In this document: piece after piece, positions 52,936 through 56,036 of the stretch | How the letters are laid out: each line of letters begins with the position of its first letter | Position numbering within the stretch: the first letter of the stretch is position 1 | Assembly: GCA_001938485.1 (NCBI GenBank) | Contig: MQRK01193787.1 | Span: forward strand, 1 to 56,036 | Length of the DNA: 56,036 nt | Direction: 5' to 3' | Source: Girardia tigrina | Taxonomy: Eukaryota | Translations under genes and position numbers: made by a program | Notes under the pieces: generated by a model | Seen by the model: the letters and a program-made list of their open reading frames with translations, nothing else | Told to the model about the DNA's origin: nothing | The model's database searches: none

Positions 52936-55299
52936 TATCCATATTGATATGTATTACTTTGATTTATTATTTTTACTAACCACATTATACCTTTTTTATT
53001 TGATTAACAATTATTTTCTTTGCTTTGATTAAAATGGGTTAAAAAATCTTTAAATGCGAATTCTTGACAAAAGACAAGACAAAGAAAGACAACCAAGTAC
53101 GCTTTGAACCGCTCGTTCTTTCTAACTCTGTGGTATTGCACGTTTCGTTCACGTTTTTACATTTGAACTTTATGCGAAGATTTTGTGAAAAATTTGCTTG
53201 TCCTTATAAATACAATTAATAAATCCTTTGTAAACAGTTTTGTATTTTGTTTCAATAAGTTTTACATATTTATTTCGTTAGAAAATGGGTGTTTTTTTAG
53301 TCAGATTTTCATAAGGAAATACGAAAGCAAGATGGATTAAGGTTTGACGTTTCCAGGCTTTTGAATGAAGTTATTTTATTATAAAATAATAGTTGAAAAA
53401 CTTCATCTCTTCTTAAAATTAAAATTATATCATTTTAAAATAATATTAAAATTTTAATTCAAAATTTTTATCATTACAAGATTTTCTTTAACACTAAATA
53501 AACCAACAGAATTTTTTTTTAAAAAAATAAATAATATCTCTATCTGTATGACCGGTGAGCTAAATTTTCGTATTTGAAAGTCTCTGTTTTATTCATAAAT
53601 TTATTTTTCCAAATATATTTGAAGAATTTTCTAAAAATTTCAATTAATGTTCCTTAAAAATCGACTTTTCTGTCTTGAACGGTTTCCAACTACTTTACCA
53701 TTTTTTTCAATGTATACATGGTGGTTAACATAAAAAAATTTAAGACAAATATTATTTGATTTGTACCATTAAAATTTTTTTAGATTTGCATTCGTAATAA
53801 AAAAGTTATTTATAAATTAAATGTTGATGTTGTTATTAATAACGAAAATTTTCAAATTTATACAAAATTGATTTTTAGAAATATAATTAGTAAATAAGTA
53901 ATTAGTAATTTCTATGTTTGTTCATAGAAATGCTCACAGAATTCCTTGTAGGAATCATCTAAAATCACATTATTCAAATTATGTGTGGATTTAACAGCCG
54001 GTCGACCAGCACCGTGTTCTGACGATTTCGTCGGCTGCTCAGCGTCTTTCGACAAATGTGTTGCACTGACAGAATTGTCTCGATGTGGGCTATCCACATT
54101 GACCACACATTTACGTTGATTCATTCCGGTTCCTCTCCCATCTTGCATTTTGATCATTGAAAATTTTTAGCGTGACCGACAATACAACATTAATTCCTTC
54201 CTATGGCGTTTCGGTCAAACGACCAATAATGAAAAAACTGTTAAAAAAACTTTTTAATAAATGATTTGTTAAATTAAATTAAACAAATATTGGAAGAGAA
54301 CACAATTTCAAATGTTAATGTTTAGTTTTTGAATAAAAATTATGTACGTTTTCTTTTATATATTTTCGATCAATATTGAATATTAATCGTCGCTCGGATG
54401 TTTTTACCCGATAATGATATTGACGGAAACCGCACTTTGCGCACAATTTGGAAATACATGACGGATCCCCACAATCTCACTGATCACACACTCGGGTTGT
54501 GCTTCGACGAACGGAGCGGTATCGGCGTTCACAGAAGCGGAACCGCTGCGAGCCGATCACGGGACCGCCATCCCATGACATATCGACCGATGATCACCGG
54601 ACCCGATCGGCAATCTCTCCGGGCAGCAAGTCCCGGCACGTCTAAGAGGTGCCGGCCGTCGCCACTCGGTCCGACTGCCGGCACCATACTTCCTTATGTG
54701 GAGAGAATCAACGCATTACACAAACATACAAATCATTTTCATAGGCAATTACTAATTATATACTATTTGAATTACATTTTCATTTAGAATTAGTATACTG
54801 CAGTGACACTATAATAAACAAAAAATTAAATCATTCAATAAATCACAAAATTCAATAAATACAAATTTTTAATTTAATAAAAATATTTCTAAATTCAAAT
54901 TTACCAGGAATAAAAAATTTTCGATTAAACCAATTCATACAATTTCTAATGTTTTTGAATTAATACAAATTTTTGAAATTTTATATAAAACACAAAAATA
55001 GTTCAATTATATGAATAAAATATTTTAAATAAATTTGACCACACAAATTTCTGACAAATTTACGAATTACAATTTCACAATCACTAATCAAAACGATAGA
55101 TTCATATCCAAATAATGAAACCGATTGAAAATAATATTACAAAATAGACTACCGAATTAAAAAGATCGATTTAACTTTTATTTGTTGTAAATGATCAATA
55201 ATGCAGCTTGATTGAGAATTTGAAATTGCGTTTGGAAAAATCACCGTTTTCGAACTTTTCAACAATTCAACTTTTTTATAAAAAAGTCAAAACATCGCA

Positions 55300-55620
55300 A
55301 AACAGAACTCTACTTTGCCAACAAAGTTTTAATTGAAAAAATAATTTACAAAACACAATAAAAAATTAATATAAACTACTTATAATTTATAAGTAAATCT
55401 TTTTCAATTAATATTGGTCTGGAATTCGAATTTTCTATTTTTTTCCTATTTTGGGACCTTAAAAAGGTTTTTTTGTCAAATTTTCAAATAATCATTTATT
55501 GTCTTCGAAAATGAGTAAGTGTGTAAAGTTTGAAGAAAATTGATTAAGTAAAACACCTTCAAAAATAAGTTACTAAATTCCATGGATACACACACACACA
55601 AACACATATATATATATATA
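55300..55620. mobile_element. Dispersed repeat copy (same family as 42995-43375) ending in a CA/TA microsatellite
   Basis: Collinear similarity over about 290 bp. Confidence 0.7.
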
Positions 55621-56036
55621 TTAGGGTGGGTCGAAATTTTTTTCTCCAAACATGCCTAAAAAGTTGTGCTTATGCTAGAAAATGAAATATCCGTGCAAAA
55701 GACTGCTGTTTAAAAGGGTTTACAGGTCCCAACTTTTGTTTGTATGTATTAGTACTATCCCAGTAAAAATGCTCGCACACGTGCCATTGTAAATTCATCC
55801 TGCAAGCAGTCACACGCTTGCAGAAAGACCATTTTTGACATGCTCTATTCACAAATCCAAGCTAACGCGTGCATGTATAGAGAGGTCAACAGAAAGCTCA
55901 GAGTATAAAAAATAAATAAAAAATAATGGAATAATCAGAAGACTCGAAAAAAGCCTAGGGCAACCTCTACAATGGCTGATATGCTTGTTGCATGCAAATG
56001 AATTGCCATTCAGGAAGTATTTTTCAGTCGTCGATG

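Noticed and set aside
54398-54787. 129-aa ORF as a real gene
   Set aside because: No recognisable domain, and it runs into AT-rich non-coding sequence. It is kept only as part of a finding.

Overview
This is AT-rich eukaryotic (animal) genomic DNA with assembly gaps. Most of the window (5847-52566, +) is one giant muscle-protein gene of the twitchin/unc-22 family. By hand count it has about 60 coding exons, about 4,400 aa, 23 Ig and 15 FnIII domains and one MLCK-like kinase. Its domain order and an [11 protein letters not shown] motif match molluscan-type twitchin as I recall it, which suggests a spiralian host (inference). Introns are either about 42-60 nt or multi-kb and filled with transposon debris: Tc1/Tc3, IS630-like ITm, hAT and piggyBac-like MITEs, and many Penelope-like retroelement (PLE) remnants carrying minimal hammerhead ribozymes and inverted ends. 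The most unusual region is 1-1470. It is a mosaic of 5'-end fragments of unrelated housekeeping genes (IscU, ARP6, a SMU1-like segment, Hsp90) joined on one strand in a single reading frame once a gap-spanning duplication is collapsed. A frameshifted secreted-protein fragment and a Gypsy-type integrase remnant lie next to it. All protein identifications are from motif recognition, not database searches.
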